A DNA stretch of 64,000 nt from Malacoraja senta (lineage: Eukaryota). Under the pieces are notes generated by a model. The model was not told the origin of the DNA. It saw nothing but the letters and a program-made list of their open reading frames with translations, and did not search any database. Positions 61,461-64,000 of the stretch are shown here, piece after piece. The position numbers and the translations under genes are program-made. The DNA is taken from assembly GCA_038087875.1 (NCBI GenBank), contig CM075989.1, positions 3,472,001 through 3,536,000 on the forward strand, given 5' to 3'. The stretch's first letter is position 1. Each line of letters starts with the position of its first letter.

Positions 61461-64000
61461 TGTAAGATGTCAAAACAAGTTATTTTAAGGGAAGAGCATT
61501 TTCGTGTTCATTTTCTAGGTCTGCATGAAACAAGGTACAACAAAAGTCTTTATTACATTACTCAATTCTGGCAGCCAGACAACTCAAAATGGCTGCACAC
61601 ACACACACTACAGACAGGAAAAACGATATACAAAACATCTCCCTTTGTCCTGTGTAGCGCCACCTGCTGCACGGGAGGAGCAACAGGTCCTCCCCCCCCA
61701 CACAGTCCACCAAACATCACACTTCCCCTTTCCAGTTTGAACGTCTCTATTCCTGAATGAGTCGCCTTGGGGGAGTACCACGATTGCAACATGTCGATCG
61801 ACGAAAGACCACAGGCAGATCGGCGGGGAGTTCGTCTAGCGGAACTTTGTCAAAGTCAGGCACTCCAGTATCCACACGATTCGGCACTGGGGTGTCCGAC
61901 TGCTTGGTTTTCGTCAGGTTCTGTGCAGTCTTCATTTGAGGAACGCGGCTCCTTAATTGGTCGTCATGCCGAAGGCATTGTCCTTCTTGTCCTTGGACGG
62001 TGTACATTTTGGTTCCAATGTGAGCCATGATCCTGCCAGCGCACCATCTGCTTTCCTTGGCCGTATAATTGCGGTAATATACGTAGCCGCCAGTGTCGAA
62101 TTTGGACTTGTTCGACTTCGTTGGCTGAGTGCGCGCCGTATAAGAGTTACGGGTCGGGTTCAAAACTCATAGGGGAGAGCGCACTTGATGTCCGAGCATC
62201 ATCTCCGCTGGAGTTCGACCGGTAGTGCAGTCCTTGCAGCGGTCGGCTATATCGGTCTCGATATTCGGCCACCACACATGCATGCGGGCGAGCGCCTTCA
62301 TTCGCACAATTCTAATGTGTGTCTTGTGCAACATTTTCAGAATTTGCGATCACAGTTCCGCCGGAAGGATCACTCGACAATCACGGAGCAGAATGCCATC
62401 CTTTGAGGAGACCTCCGTTTGCACATTCTGGAATGAGCGGAATTCCTTGACCAGCTTAGGACTGTTTGGCCACCCTGAGTGACAAAATGTCATACCTTCG
62501 ACAAAATGGGGTCTGTGCTCGTGTAGTTGGTGACCGTCCTTGCGGAGACGGGGATATCGGCGATGACCCGCGTGTTGAGCACGTTCACGACCGTCTCAAT
62601 TTCCATAATTGCCTCCCCTTTATCGAATGTCAGGTCGGATCCAATCGGTAGATGAGACAGTGCATCGGCATTGGCAGGCTCGGCAGACTCGGTAAATTAT
62701 GTGATAATCATATCCCATCATGATCAGGGCCCAACGTTGTAGACGCTGCAACATCATGACAGGCAAACTTTTCTCCGGACTGAAAATGGTCAGCAGCGGC
62801 TTGTGGTCGGTGATGAGCAGGAAATGTCGCCCACACAAATATTGGTGGAACTTCCGGACACCAAACATGATCGCCAGTGCTTCTTTCTCCACTTGGCTGT
62901 AGTTTTTCTCGGCCGTCGTCAGCTTTTTGGATGCAAACACGATTGGTTCTTCCTTGCCGTTCAGCGCCGTTTGTGAGATTACAGCTCCAAGACCAGACGG
63001 CGATGCATCGGCGACCAGCGAGATCGGCTTCGATGGGTCATAGTGGACCAAATGCGTCTGCTGGGCGAGCATCTCCTTCAACCCGGTGAATGCATGGTCA
63101 CACTCTTTGGACCAGTGCCATTCGACATCCTGTTTTCGCAGGTTGTTCAATGGTGCGCACAAAGTCGAAAGTGCCAGTATGAACTTGCCATCGTAGTTCA
63201 CCTTGACAATGAAGCTTTCAAGTTGCTTCACATTATCGGGCGGCGGCAATTTCACAATGGCGTCCACTCTTCCGATGGCTTCAGACCACTTGCCGAGGTC
63301 ACATGTCCGAGATATGTGACCTGTTGTCGGGAGAATGCGCACTTGTCCATGCGCAACTTCATGCCATAGTTCAGTGCCGTGAGGTCCTGTTTTAGGTTCT
63401 GCAGGTGTTCTTCCTCTGTCCGGCCGGTGACAATTATGTCATCCAGGTAGGCGGCTATGTACGGAATCCCGGCAACCAGATTGACGACCAGTTTCTGGAA
63501 GATGGCCGGTGCCTGTCCAAACGACAATCGGTTGTATCTGAACAGTCCCTTATGTGTGTTGATCACGAGCAGGTTTTTTGTCTCGTCGTCCAGTTCCACT
63601 TGGAGATACGTGTCGGACATGTCCAATTTCGAGAAGTACTGTCCTCCTTGCAGCTTGATGAACAGCTCGTCCACTCTTGGTATGGGGTGTTGATCAATGT
63701 GCTATTGAGGGTTTACAGTCACTTTGTCGTCACCACAGATGCGCACCTTGCCGCAAGGCTTCTGAACGACAACTATGGGTGTGGTCCATTCTGAATGGCC
63801 CACATCGGTGATTATTCCTATTTCTTCAAGACGGCAGAGTTACTTGTTGACGGCGTCCATCCGACTGAACGGAACTGGTCTTGGTTTGAAGAACTTAGGG
63901 ACGGCATCGTCTTTGAGTGTGAGCCGTGCCTTCATCTTTGTGCAATGTCCGAGTCCAGGTGCGTAAATGGCCGGAAACTGGTCAAGAACCTTCTGCAGAT
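61461..64000 (-). mobile_element. Ty3/Gypsy LTR retrotransposon, 3' part (RT, RNase H, partial integrase, PPT, 3' LTR); frameshifted; continues beyond the window
   Basis: FSKLDMSDTYLQ, AYLDDIIVTG, ADASPSGLGAV, NYSQVEKEALA, ITDHKPL, RMKALARMHVWWP..CKDC. PPT ggaaaggggaag at 61733-61722; LTR TG...CA from 61721 to about 61461/61468. Confidence 0.93.

Overview
Repeat-rich vertebrate genomic DNA, not prokaryotic. The repeat repertoire (V-SINE/HE1-like SINEs, CR1, Penelope-like elements) suggests a cartilaginous fish, probably a skate or ray (inference). Two convergent protein-coding genes are supported by exon translations and GT/AG junctions. MRPS11 contributes its last two coding exons (+; 6396-6461, 16174-16281). 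DET1 has its complete CDS here (-; 49961-48876, 34522-34332, 33600-33409, 26441-26252; 1659 nt, 552 aa). This matches the MRPS11-DET1 neighbourhood known from human. The rest is mostly nested mobile DNA: CR1, L1, L2 and Rex1-like LINEs, over 20 V-SINEs, two IR/DR Tc1 transposons, hAT and PIF/Harbinger MITEs, a Ty3/Gypsy element and Penelope-like (GIY-YIG) fragments. There is also a 20-bp minisatellite and two 200-N gaps. The most interesting signal is a family of short (100-250 bp), often fold-back, Penelope-pLTR-derived elements. They carry a minimal hammerhead-ribozyme motif, are individually flanked by 10-17 bp direct repeats, and appear to lie in the 3' UTRs of both genes. Family names and TE boundaries come from motif recognition by eye, not database searches.
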